64,000 nt of DNA, from NCBI GenBank assembly GCA_964502225.1, contig CAZCUC010000003.1, positions 12,782 to 76,781 on the forward strand. Direction: 5' to 3'. Shown in pieces: positions 32,248-41,240 of this stretch. The notes under the pieces are model-generated. The model was not told where the DNA came from. It did not search any database and worked only from the letters and a program-made list of their open reading frames with translations. The DNA is from an uncultured Pseudomonadales bacterium (GTDB taxonomy: Bacteria > Patescibacteriota > Microgenomatia > UBA1400 > UBA12108). A program made the position numbers and the translations under genes. Each line of letters begins with the position of its first letter. The first letter of the stretch is position 1.

Positions 32248-32751
32248 ATGACAATCTCAATCCAAGACTACGACGCAACGGCCCCGCAACTATTTGAAGA
32301 GGCGAGGGGAGTGCTGCAAAATTTATTACCCGATGCCGAGATTCACCATGTCGGCAGTACCTCGATCCCAGGATTGGGCGGCAAAGGGATTATCGATATC
32401 ATGGTCGCAATTCCAGACTGGAAAACCAAAGCGCAGGATGGCAAAAAATTGGTGGAGCTCGGGTTTGCCCACGTCCACCCCGAGGAGAACGGTCGCATTT
32501 TTATGAGCAGGGTAGGGGAGACAGTGAAAAACGACGTCCACCTTCACCTCACCTATATCGGCAGTACCGAATACAAAAAAATGCTCGCATTCCGCGATTA
32601 TCTACGCTCACATCCCGACGAAGCTGAAAATTATCAGAAGCAAAAGCACCAGTGGCTCAAATCTGCCAGTGGTCACCGCCAGTTTTACACCGCCTCCAAA
32701 AACGACTACATTGCACAAATCCTCTCACTCGCTAAATCAGATCTATCTTAA
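32248..32751 (+). CDS. GrpB / UPF0157 family nucleotidyltransferase-fold protein
   Basis: IHHVGSTSIPGLGGKGIIDIMV is the GrpB family hallmark. Confidence 0.65.
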   Translation: MTISIQDYDATAPQLFEEARGVLQNLLPDAEIHHVGSTSIPGLGGKGIIDIMVAIPDWKTKAQDGKKLVELGFAHVHPEENGRIFMSRVGETVKNDVHLHLTYIGSTEYKKMLAFRDYLRSHPDEAENYQKQKHQWLKSASGHRQFYTASKNDYIAQILSLAKSDLS

Positions 32752-32757
32752 CCTAAC

Positions 32758-32783
32758 GGTTCGATGGTTCGAACCATCGAACC
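32758..32783. repeat. 26-bp perfect palindrome GGTTCGATGGTTCGAACCATCGAACC
   Basis: Seen directly; 7 nt after the GrpB stop and 44 nt upstream of the TrpR-like gene. Confidence 0.9.
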
Positions 32784-32826
32784 ATCCCAATTCGTGGCAA
32801 CTTCTCGGTTGTGATACTATCATTTT

Positions 32827-33132
32827 ATGCCACCAGTTTCTTATCGCAAACTCCCTGAGGAAATGTATAACCATCTTGTCAGCATCCTCATTCAAGTATT
32901 ATCCACAACCAACCAGACAAAAAGTGGTTTGCTGTTTGTCAATAAATTCCTATCATCCAGCGAGCTAACTATGCTAGCCAAGCGAGTAGGTATAGCACTT
33001 CTGCTCAAGCGTGGCTATACATATAGATCCGTCATGGATTACCTCAAAGTCAGTAAGGGCACGGTAGCAAAAGTGGCTGAAATAATTCATAGCAACGACC
33101 AAGAATCACAAAGTATTTTAAACAAATCATAA
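32827..33132 (+). CDS. TrpR/YerC-like helix-turn-helix protein
   Basis: SSELTMLAKRVGIALLLKRGYTYRSVMDYLKVSKGTVAKV is the Trp-repressor-like HTH pattern. Confidence 0.55.
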   Translation: MPPVSYRKLPEEMYNHLVSILIQVLSTTNQTKSGLLFVNKFLSSSELTMLAKRVGIALLLKRGYTYRSVMDYLKVSKGTVAKVAEIIHSNDQESQSILNKS

Positions 33133-33188
33133 CCAACAAACAAATAGGTGAAGTCCTTTCCAAATTTGATTACTATCTAGATAAACTC

Positions 33189-33208
33189 TTGCCACCAAAG
33201 GGTGGCAA
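33189..33208 (+). other. hairpin TTGCCACC-AAAG-GGTGGCAA downstream of the TrpR-like gene
   Basis: 8-bp stem with a 4-nt loop; no U-tract follows, so terminator function is uncertain. Confidence 0.3.
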
Positions 33209-33276
33209 CTGGCATGAATGGAGAATAAGAATAGAAGATAAACGAAGAAAGTCGGAAAGACCAATCTGAGAAATCC

Positions 33277-33302
33277 GGTTCGATGGTTCGAACCATCGAA
33301 CC
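33277..33302. repeat. 26-bp perfect palindrome GGTTCGATGGTTCGAACCATCGAACC, second identical copy
   Basis: Seen directly; 27 nt upstream of the cdd start. Confidence 0.9.
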
Positions 33303-33328
33303 TATTCTTTCTCTGCTAGAATTGTTCT

Positions 33329-33835
33329 ATGACACTCAGCGACTTATCCTGGATAGTTAGCACAAAAGATTCACAAACAGAACTCAACTGGATCAAGGCA
33401 GAAATAGAGCGGATAGGGCAGGGGAGTTTAGAAAAATTAGCCCAGGCCGCAACTGAGCAGAGTAAACATGCCTACGTCCCATACTCCCATTATCAGGTCG
33501 GGGTCGCCATCCTCACCAAATCCGGCAAAACCTATCTAGGCAACAACGTAGAGCGTGCCAGTTACAGCGAGACCGACCACGCCGAAGAATCAGCCATAAC
33601 TGGAGCCGTGGTAGATGGGGAAGTAGGTCGTAGTGGGCGCAAATTTCTCGTCGCTCTAGCCTGTTCCCACGCGGGCGACACCGCGCCCTGCGGTAGATGT
33701 CGCCAAATTATGATGGAGCATGCTGACAACTGTCTCGTTCTAACCGTCGATGTCGACGGGAAAATTCGTCGTATCACTTCGCTAAAGACCTTGCTCCCGT
33801 ACGCATTCTCACCCACCGACCTCGGGATAGAGTAA
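33329..33835 (+). CDS. cdd: cytidine deaminase
   Basis: AYVPYSHYQVGVAIL, zinc motif HAEESAI, PCGRCRQIMMEH. Confidence 0.8.
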   Translation: MTLSDLSWIVSTKDSQTELNWIKAEIERIGQGSLEKLAQAATEQSKHAYVPYSHYQVGVAILTKSGKTYLGNNVERASYSETDHAEESAITGAVVDGEVGRSGRKFLVALACSHAGDTAPCGRCRQIMMEHADNCLVLTVDVDGKIRRITSLKTLLPYAFSPTDLGIE

Positions 33836-33890
33836 CACTTCTAAAATCATATCTTGATAAACTGTTCTATATATAGTAAAGTAATGAGAT

Positions 33891-34406
33891 GTGAGTGAAT
33901 ATGTCTCTAAAGTACGCTCGTTAACTAATGAACAATTACAGTTACGTTTTCAATCAGTACTTCAAAGAAGTAGTTTTTTTGCAGAAATCGATGCACAAAT
34001 TGTCAGAGAGCTAGATGCCAATACCAGGTTAGGGCGCAACCCTTTGGATCAAGCAAAGCATGCACTACTTAAGCAGTACAACCTAGACACAATTCCCTCT
34101 CCTATAGAGAAATTTTTAGAAGCTATGTTTATGGCTCCGACTTCCGCCAAACCAATGATGATAGACGCACTTCGCGAAGCCGTAGACAATCTTGAACATT
34201 ATCCTGATCCTCCAACCATCATCCAGTTTCTATTAGCAACCTCCAAGGAAGAAGCAAGAATTCTTAGTCGTCAAAGTGCAATTCAGCAAGTTACAGATAA
34301 CGCTGAAGCAATTCGACGTGAAGCTATAGCCCAGGTCACTCATAACATGGGTTATTGCTCTGAATCTAAGTCTTCTCCAGCTCAAGTCAACAACCCATGG
34401 AAGTGA
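33891..34406 (+). CDS. hypothetical protein
   Basis: 171 aa ORF with a GTG start; helical, no recognised motif. Confidence 0.4.
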   Translation: MSEYVSKVRSLTNEQLQLRFQSVLQRSSFFAEIDAQIVRELDANTRLGRNPLDQAKHALLKQYNLDTIPSPIEKFLEAMFMAPTSAKPMMIDALREAVDNLEHYPDPPTIIQFLLATSKEEARILSRQSAIQQVTDNAEAIRREAIAQVTHNMGYCSESKSSPAQVNNPWK

Positions 34407-34424
34407 CTTTGGTACAATAGACTT

Positions 34425-35618
34425 ATGTCCAAACTAAAAGTAGCCGTCATCTTTGGCGGCAAGAGTCCCGAGCACGAAGTCTCGATCATCACGGCCGTCC
34501 AAGCCATGGCCAATATGCCCAAAGAATACGAGATTATCCCGATCTACGTCAGTAAAACTGGCGAACTCTTTAGTGGTGACAAACTCAAATCCATCGATAC
34601 CTATCAAAATATGCCACTCCTGGAGCAAATGGCCGAGCGCGTCGCGCTCCCCAGCTCTCCAGCAACCATCACACTCACCCCCACCACGCAATCATTTTTC
34701 AAAAAAACCGGCAAACCATTTGACGTCATCTTTCCCTGTTTCCACGGTGGGGTAGGGGAGGGTGGTTGGATCCAGGGACTGGCCGAGTTTTACGGTATCC
34801 CGCTTGTTGGGACCGGTCTAACCGGCGCGGCCATTGGCATGGACAAAGTGGCGATGAAGGCGGCCTTTGACGGCGCCAATATCAAGCAAGCTCCCTACAT
34901 CTGGTTTTATCGAAATGATTGGTATACTAAAGAAGCCACCTTTGTCAAAGAAATCGAAACTCATCTCAAGTATCCCATTTTCGTCAAACCCAGCCGGGGA
35001 GGATCATCCATTGGTACGACCTGTGCTAAAACCAAAGTCGAACTTATCCGCGCCATCGATCTCGCCGCCGCCATGGATACTAGAATAGTCGTTGAAGAGG
35101 GGATTACTGGGGCACGAGAGATCAATATCTCCATTATGGGCAACGCCGGCCACGATCTCGAATGTTCGGTCTGCGAAGAAGTCTTCCACGAAGGTTCCGA
35201 GTTCTTGGATTTTAAAGTTAAGTATCTACCTAGCGACAAGGAAAGTTTGGCAAGTAGTAAAAGTGAAGGTATGGCCAGTACGAATAAAGTAATTCCGGCC
35301 AAATTAGACAAAAAACTAGTAAATAAAATAGAGCAAATAGGTAAACTTATTTTCAACTTATTAGACTGCTCAGGGCTCGTTCGGCTTGACTTCCTAGTAA
35401 AAGGAAACGATGTGTATTGCATCGAGATCAACACTATTCCTGGTCTTCTTAGTTTTTATCTCTGGAAAAAATCAGGTTATACATATCCAAAATTGCTTAC
35501 TCACTTGATAGAATTAGCAGTTTTCAAACATGAGGATATTAAGAAGAATGTGACCGACTTTGCCTCGCCAATTCTTACCAACCTAAGTCAAGGAAAATTG
35601 GGTAGTAAACTGAATTAA
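34425..35618 (+). CDS. ddl: D-alanine--D-alanine ligase with C-terminal extension
   Basis: MSKLKVAVIFGGKSPEHEVSIITA canonical Ddl N-terminus; ATP-grasp core; about 60-90 extra C-terminal residues. Confidence 0.85.
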   Translation: MSKLKVAVIFGGKSPEHEVSIITAVQAMANMPKEYEIIPIYVSKTGELFSGDKLKSIDTYQNMPLLEQMAERVALPSSPATITLTPTTQSFFKKTGKPFDVIFPCFHGGVGEGGWIQGLAEFYGIPLVGTGLTGAAIGMDKVAMKAAFDGANIKQAPYIWFYRNDWYTKEATFVKEIETHLKYPIFVKPSRGGSSIGTTCAKTKVELIRAIDLAAAMDTRIVVEEGITGAREINISIMGNAGHDLECSVCEEVFHEGSEFLDFKVKYLPSDKESLASSKSEGMASTNKVIPAKLDKKLVNKIEQIGKLIFNLLDCSGLVRLDFLVKGNDVYCIEINTIPGLLSFYLWKKSGYTYPKLLTHLIELAVFKHEDIKKNVTDFASPILTNLSQGKLGSKLN

Positions 35619-36805
35619 TAATTTTCCGTCACATCATTTTCCAGTAGCACGAGAGGTTCTTTCTTCAGTTTCAAATCCCTGACAGCTCGCATAAAGTCCA
35701 ACGTTTTCGCGATATAGATCACCTTTACTTTTCCCCCGATCCCTCGCTCCAAGCTTAGGGTTCGCTCGTTGTGTCCTACCAAGATCACATAGTCTGCATT
35801 ACCAATTATCTCTTTGCCCAGTTCTTCGTGGATCTTGTTGCTCTCTCTCCCCAGCTCCACCAGTCCCGGTGTCACCAGTATTCTGACATACTTTTTCTGC
35901 TGTCCTAGATAGGTGAGGGCATCCACAAACCCGCGGTCGTTACTACTAAAGCTATCATCAATCACTTTCATTCCGTAGCGCTCACTCGTCATCTCAAATC
36001 TGTTTTTCACCTGCCTAACTTGCATATCAAAGTTAGTGATCCCAAACAATCTAGCGATTTTTTTGGCACCATCTAAATTGGCTTCATTTCTACTTGCCCC
36101 ACGCTTAGCCAGAGGCGAATTGGGGTACCATGTCGCCTTTACCCCCAACTTTTCCACATTTTTGACGACCGCTTCATCTCTCCCATTTGCCACTAGTTTT
36201 CCCTGCACTTTGTCCATATAAACCGCGATCTCGCTCTTAGCTATTTGGATATTCTCCCAGCTACCAAAGCGCTCTAGATGCTGTCTCGCCATCCCGGTGA
36301 GGATCCCAATATCAGGGCTTACCATCGTGAGTAGATGGGTAATGTCACCCATATGATAGGCGCCCACCTCTACAATAAATATCTCAGTCCTTTCATCGAC
36401 TTCATACTCTAAACACTTAGCAATCCCAAAAATGGTATTAAAGCTCTCTGGTGTTGCGACCGTTCGATACTTGGTCCGGATCAGATCGTAAGCATAGTTC
36501 TTGACGGACGTTTTGCCATACGACCCAGCGATCGCCACCACTCTGAGCCCGCGCTGTTTCAGCTGGGCAATGCGCGCTCTAGTTCGGTACCAAGTAACAA
36601 CCTCCGCAGTTTTGACAGCGCTGGCTATCAGTGTATTGGCACCCACTATCCCGAGGGGATACGATAACAATCTAGTTAGTTTTAGTCTTCCGGTCCAGCG
36701 TGCACGTTTGACCACCGACTCATCGATGTCACGACTAGCGGCCAAATACCTCTCAGTGTCGTACTGCTCGAGCTGGAGTAATGCCAAATTGGCTAATCTA
36801 CTCAT
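35615..36805 (-). CDS. murF: Mur ligase family protein, probably UDP-MurNAc-tripeptide--D-Ala-D-Ala ligase (MurF)
   Basis: GSYGKTSVKNY nucleotide-binding motif of Mur ligases; adjacent to ddl. Confidence 0.6.
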   Translation of the reverse strand: MSRLANLALLQLEQYDTERYLAASRDIDESVVKRARWTGRLKLTRLLSYPLGIVGANTLIASAVKTAEVVTWYRTRARIAQLKQRGLRVVAIAGSYGKTSVKNYAYDLIRTKYRTVATPESFNTIFGIAKCLEYEVDERTEIFIVEVGAYHMGDITHLLTMVSPDIGILTGMARQHLERFGSWENIQIAKSEIAVYMDKVQGKLVANGRDEAVVKNVEKLGVKATWYPNSPLAKRGASRNEANLDGAKKIARLFGITNFDMQVRQVKNRFEMTSERYGMKVIDDSFSSNDRGFVDALTYLGQQKKYVRILVTPGLVELGRESNKIHEELGKEIIGNADYVILVGHNERTLSLERGIGGKVKVIYIAKTLDFMRAVRDLKLKKEPLVLLENDVTENY

Positions 36806-37539
36806 TCGACTGCCTCCTGCAAAATCCGTAACGTCTGTTCATAGTGGCTCGAGTGCGGGTCATGTCCCGCCCCCCAGACGACTCTAACTCGCGAATGTCT
36901 CACCAATTTAGCGTAAATTTTTGTTAAAGGTAGAGGCAAGATCGGATCATTTTCTCCCCACACAATCGTCGTTTCAACCTCTATTTTTGGCAAATATTTA
37001 CGCAAATCTGTTTTAACTATCGCCCGGTACAGCTCCCGCAGGGCAGGGGTGTTACGATAATCCTCATCCATCAAAGACAGAGCAAGCTTGGCACGCACCG
37101 AGGCAGGGACCCATGCAAACAATTTTGAAACAAACTGGAGTGTCAGTCGTTTAATCGATTTTGGCTTGACTCCAGCCGGATCAATAAGTACGAGTCTCTC
37201 TATCAAAGCGGGGTAGTTCGATCCAAGCACAATCCCCACGCGCCCGCCGAGGGAATGTCCGAGGAGAATAACTTTTTCGATTTCCAGGTACTGGCAAAAG
37301 TCTTTGACGAGTTCACTATACTCAAAAATATTCGCTACCTTGGGCAAGCTCGATCCGCCAAACCCTGGGAGGTCTAAGACAAAAACCTTGCGTCCGCTCC
37401 ACTTGCTTAGATCTTGTGCCATCCTGATCCACTCGTTCCCACTCCGCCCCCAGCCGTGCAAAACCAAAATCGGTGTGCGTTTACCACTGCCTATTTCCTG
37501 ATAATTCCATAGCTGGTGTCCCACTGCAATCTGTGTCAT
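36802..37539 (-). CDS. alpha/beta hydrolase
   Basis: MTQIAVGHQLWNY...ILVLHGWGRSG...GHSLGG nucleophile elbow. Internal ATG at 37539 chosen because the upstream 88 codons of the track ORF cover a periodic noncoding repeat array and the divergent gene. Confidence 0.65.
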   Translation of the reverse strand: MTQIAVGHQLWNYQEIGSGKRTPILVLHGWGRSGNEWIRMAQDLSKWSGRKVFVLDLPGFGGSSLPKVANIFEYSELVKDFCQYLEIEKVILLGHSLGGRVGIVLGSNYPALIERLVLIDPAGVKPKSIKRLTLQFVSKLFAWVPASVRAKLALSLMDEDYRNTPALRELYRAIVKTDLRKYLPKIEVETTIVWGENDPILPLPLTKIYAKLVRHSRVRVVWGAGHDPHSSHYEQTLRILQEAVE

Positions 37540-37560
37540 ACCCCGATTATACGTGAAATT

Positions 37561-37640
37561 ATCTTTGAGTATCTTACAATTTCTTACAATATCTTCTAAT
37601 ATTAGCCAATATCTACCAACATCTGCTAAGATTGAATAAA
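37561..37640. repeat. eight tandem 10-bp phased repeats (ATCTTTGAGT ATCTTACAAT TTCTTACAAT ATCTTCTAAT ATTAGCCAAT ATCTACCAAC ATCTGCTAAG ATTGAATAAA)
   Basis: Seen directly in the divergent region between the hydrolase start (37539, minus) and the small HTH gene (37640, plus); consensus ATCTnnCAAT with a 10-bp period. Confidence 0.75.
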
Positions 37641-37900
37641 TGACCGATTCTCGCAAATTTTCTCTCCTAGCCAAACTCAGTAGTCTCGATGCCGAATCCA
37701 AATTATTACCTAGGCGATTAGAGATTCTCCTCACAATCCGCGACCACTCCCCCTGCAGTCTCGACTTTTTACAAAGGAATTTTGTGGGCACACCAGGGAG
37801 CACTCTTCGCTACGATTTACTCAAGCTCCAGCAGACAGGACTCATCCAAAAGCTCGGGGTCACCCGCGGAGCTCTTTACTCTGCCTCTCCCACCGAGTGA
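37640..37900 (+). CDS. small winged-helix DNA-binding protein (hypothetical)
   Basis: 86 aa; C-terminal STLRYDLLKLQQTGLIQKLGVTRGALY resembles a wHTH recognition helix and wing; convergent 25-nt overlap with the recombinase gene; no SD. Confidence 0.4.
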   Translation: MTDSRKFSLLAKLSSLDAESKLLPRRLEILLTIRDHSPCSLDFLQRNFVGTPGSTLRYDLLKLQQTGLIQKLGVTRGALYSASPTE

Positions 37901-38838
37901 TACTTTTCATGCACACTTTTTAGTTGCGGGTTGGTCACGTGGGTATAGATCTGTGTGGTCGCGATATTCTTGTGTCCTAGCATTTCCTGGACCTCACGTA
38001 GCCCTGCGCCGTGACTGATGAGATCAGTAGCAAAGCTATGCCTCATCACGTGGGGTGTAATCGAGTACGGCAGGTGCGCCAGGCGTCCATATTTAGCGAT
38101 GATGCGCTGGACAGTCCTCACATTCAGTCTCAGTTTCTCTCCAGCTTTGGGATCGTCGATCTCGGGCTTGGCTCCGCTATGGCGGATAAAGACGGGGTGG
38201 TAGTGATCATCTCGCTCACGCAAATATTTATCTATCCACTGTGCCGCCCGGTCGGACAGGAAAACTACCCGGATTTTTCTACCTTTACCCATCACCCCGA
38301 ACTCACGAGATTCTAAATTAATCGTAGTCTTGTTCAGTGACACCAGCTCCGATACCCGCAATCCAGTCGAGAAAAGAGTTTCCATAATCACTCTATCTCG
38401 CAATCCTTGGATATTGGATATATCCGCCTTTTCTATCATCGCTTCCACATGTGAATAATCCAAGAACTTGAGCGAATGCTCCTTGCCTTTGGGTAGTTCT
38501 AGTCGCTCCGGAGAGACTACTTCATAATCCTGCCTCAGCAGATACCGGAGCATCGATCTTAGTGCGATTACATAATATCCCTGGGTGACAGGCGAGAGAT
38601 ATTCACCTTTATCATTTTTATGTTGCGCCAAAAAGACACGGTAGGTCTTCAACATCTTAGAGGTCACGTCGCTCAATTCTTTGTCTGGATAATACTTACC
38701 CAACCAAGTGGAAAACTTTAATAGGTAAAATCGATAATTGCGAATCGTAAAAGGAGACACCTGTCGCTCGATTGTGAGGTACTCGAGGTACTCTTCAATG
38801 CAGGCCTGGAGTGTTGGAGTACTACCCTTAGCACTCAT
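37876..38838 (-). CDS. tyrosine site-specific recombinase (XerC/XerD type)
   Basis: C-terminal HVMRHSFATDLISHGAGLREVQEMLGHKNIATTQIYTHV (R...H-x-x-R...Y catalytic box); N-terminal SAM-like domain; 320 aa. Confidence 0.85.
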   Translation of the reverse strand: MSAKGSTPTLQACIEEYLEYLTIERQVSPFTIRNYRFYLLKFSTWLGKYYPDKELSDVTSKMLKTYRVFLAQHKNDKGEYLSPVTQGYYVIALRSMLRYLLRQDYEVVSPERLELPKGKEHSLKFLDYSHVEAMIEKADISNIQGLRDRVIMETLFSTGLRVSELVSLNKTTINLESREFGVMGKGRKIRVVFLSDRAAQWIDKYLRERDDHYHPVFIRHSGAKPEIDDPKAGEKLRLNVRTVQRIIAKYGRLAHLPYSITPHVMRHSFATDLISHGAGLREVQEMLGHKNIATTQIYTHVTNPQLKSVHEKYHSVGEAE

Positions 38839-39051
38839 ATAGTTTCGACTGCCAAATATCTCGAATTAAAATTGGGATGGATATATCCTACCATTTTACA
38901 CATACATACCCACCGCACACGATAGTCGTGTGACTATCCACCCTATAGTGGTAAATTAAGCAATCCTATAGTTTTGAAGTGTTTGACTCCTTAGGGCAGG
39001 GGAGTTAAACCATAGGGCCTACTCACATTGTGCGACATTGGATAAGCGTTG

Positions 39052-39705
39052 TCAACCACCGATAAATTCCAAGATATAATCATTCACCAATTTTGTGAAT
39101 ACTGGTTGATTTTTATAGTCGTGGCGCATACCATTTATCAATCGATAAATCTTAGGATCACATGCTCTGTTAAATAATCCCTGAGTCAAGTCAAAGGGAA
39201 CACGATCGTCCAGAGACCCAGCCAAGAACATTTTTGGACACTTAATACCCGATATCACAGCCCGAGCGTCAAAGAGCTGAGCATCCTTCACAAACTCATA
39301 AGGTATATCTACCTCACCATATCTCGAGCTAGCAAAAGAATAAACGCCTCTAGATTTCCACTCATCTAACCTAGACTGTATATCGTCACCGGTGGCAAAT
39401 CGGTATGGACTTACGACACACGCCAGCCTAACAATGTTCTTACGTTCTGAACTAGCTATGGTAGCCGCCACACCACCCAATGACACTCCAACCAAAGCTA
39501 TTTCTTCGTTGCTGAATTCATCTAAAGCTCTGTTAATTGTGTTTATGTGGGACGACAAACGATACTTTTCAAAGTTGCGACTCGACAGCTCCTCAGATTC
39601 CACAGTGACTGCCTCAATCCCAGCAAGCCGTGCTCGGTTCATTAAATCAATATGATGTGGCTCGTCGGCATAACCTAGGAATCCAGGAATAATAACGAGT
39701 TTCAT
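39052..39705 (-). CDS. alpha/beta hydrolase (esterase-like)
   Basis: MKLVIIPGFLG start chosen at 39705; LVGVSLGGVAATIA nucleophile elbow. Confidence 0.6.
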   Translation of the reverse strand: MKLVIIPGFLGYADEPHHIDLMNRARLAGIEAVTVESEELSSRNFEKYRLSSHINTINRALDEFSNEEIALVGVSLGGVAATIASSERKNIVRLACVVSPYRFATGDDIQSRLDEWKSRGVYSFASSRYGEVDIPYEFVKDAQLFDARAVISGIKCPKMFLAGSLDDRVPFDLTQGLFNRACDPKIYRLINGMRHDYKNQPVFTKLVNDYILEFIGG

Positions 39706-40442
39706 GGGACTAGTATAGCAAAACAAGATAGAAACTGAGTTCCCACCAGATACAGAGCCTGTACAATCGATTCTACGGCTCATTTATAGATCATCCCGAA
39801 CCATTGCATAGCCATAAAAGCCAATTTTCTACGGGTATCGTTCGGAAGTAGGTCATTTAGGGTATCTAAGTACAATGGGGGAGTTTGGGAAAAAGAAATC
39901 GACGCAACATCGCAAAATAGGCAATTACAAACATCAAACTTCTAAAATCTATAATCTCGGCTCCCCCTACCGAATTCGAGATGTATGTCATAAAAGATAT
40001 ATTGTGCGACATAGGAGAAACCCACTCTTGGGCACCTATGCGTCTAATAAAAGGGCGAATCTAGGCTCAGCGCCAAATTCGTATTTCACTGTAGTTGGAT
40101 GTACATCCTCTGCTCTCCATATATCCATCGCTCAATAAAGCTGTGTATAGTTAACACGTCGCGTCTACCTCCCACTCTCTCACCCTCCAGATGTATATCT
40201 GGAGAGACCACTCCCTCCCCAGATGTGTGACCTGGTGATCTTGGCAGACCCCAGACCAAGTTGCTACACCCCCAGAGCATACAGGGTACAAACTATATCA
40301 AACCTGTTCACAAAACTTACACGAATCAGTCGCAAGGATCGGATACTTTTTATCCACAATCGTGAAAAATTATAGGACATGTCGTGAAAAGCCTATAATT
40401 ATTATAGGATAACTAGAAATACTATAGGACTCCCCCCTCCCC

Positions 40443-41240
40443 TCACCTAGTCCAGCCAAAAAATACAGCACCAATCACTACCGTAAATACTATAGCCGCA
40501 AATCCTAGATATTCCTGGATTGTCCGGGCAAACAATCTCCCTTCTAAATCGTGTTGGAACAGCCCGAGTATCACGTACATTCCCATCGCCAAAACCACGC
40601 TAGCCAGCGGGACGCTAATTAGCCAAAACGACAACACGAGGGCTAGTTCGCTCACCACGACCGCACCAACGAGCGCATAATAAAACTCTCTCTTTATTGT
40701 GTTAGATACCACATACGACCACACGCCCTGCCAGAAGATAGGTAGCGATACCACAAAGACGAGCAGTGCCACTAGCCACCCAGCCACGTGCAGAGAAAAA
40801 ATCACGTGATACAAGAAGGCGCTAGTCAAAATAGAGAGGATAAAACCTACTGCCCTCGCCGCTCTCAGCAACTGGATGGTCCTAATCGACGCAACCGCAA
40901 AAATATTTACCGTCAACAACAAGCCATACATCGAGATCCCAAACAAGATCAGCACAATCGCTCTCGTGATTATTGCCTGTGGCAGTAAAAAGTAAAACAA
41001 CCCTACCGAGACCGGGTACAAGGTAGGCAAAATCAAGTTGACTACCCAGTTCACTCCACGCAAATCTTTAAGTAGCGACCAGGCAGTCAGTAGATATGCC
41101 GCCACACCAAAAAAAGCGATCGCACTGTATCGTGACTCTACTGGTAGTTTTTGGACTAGTAATAATCCAAACGACAGTAGGATCGATACCAAGAGGAATT
41201 TGCGCCGCTTGGTCATCCCACTCTTATCCCAGATTTGCAT
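40443..41240 (-). CDS. hypothetical polytopic membrane protein
   Basis: About 7 predicted TM helices; no motif recognised. Confidence 0.5.
   Translation of the reverse strand: MQIWDKSGMTKRRKFLLVSILLSFGLLLVQKLPVESRYSAIAFFGVAAYLLTAWSLLKDLRGVNWVVNLILPTLYPVSVGLFYFLLPQAIITRAIVLILFGISMYGLLLTVNIFAVASIRTIQLLRAARAVGFILSILTSAFLYHVIFSLHVAGWLVALLVFVVSLPIFWQGVWSYVVSNTIKREFYYALVGAVVVSELALVLSFWLISVPLASVVLAMGMYVILGLFQHDLEGRLFARTIQEYLGFAAIVFTVVIGAVFFGWTR

Noticed and set aside
31675-33302. GGTTCGA-containing palindromes as tRNA fragments or tRNA T-arms
   Set aside because: The elements are perfect palindromes with no acceptor or anticodon-arm context; no cloverleaf can be drawn.
36802-37803. Full 333-aa version of the alpha/beta hydrolase ORF
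   Set aside because: Its first 88 codons have no homology signal, overlap the plus-strand wHTH ORF, and run across a 10-bp-periodic repeat array. The internal Met at 37539 gives a canonical hydrolase N-terminus.
38839-39051. Minus-strand CACTATAGGG match to the 3' half of a T7-type promoter, and a CACACGA-TAG-TCGTGTG hairpin
   Set aside because: Only the last 10 nt match the T7 consensus and the upstream half does not. There is no phage RNAP gene in view, so this looks coincidental. The hairpin alone has no supporting context.
39877-39967. Possible tmRNA, suggested by GGGGGAG...AATCGACGC resembling the tmRNA 5' end
   Set aside because: The complementary CTCCCCC lies only 77 nt downstream. 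There is no T-arm (GGTTCGANTCC) before it and no ACCA-like end, and no plausible tag-peptide reading frame ending in Ala-Ala-stop. It is kept only as part of the generic noncoding-region finding.
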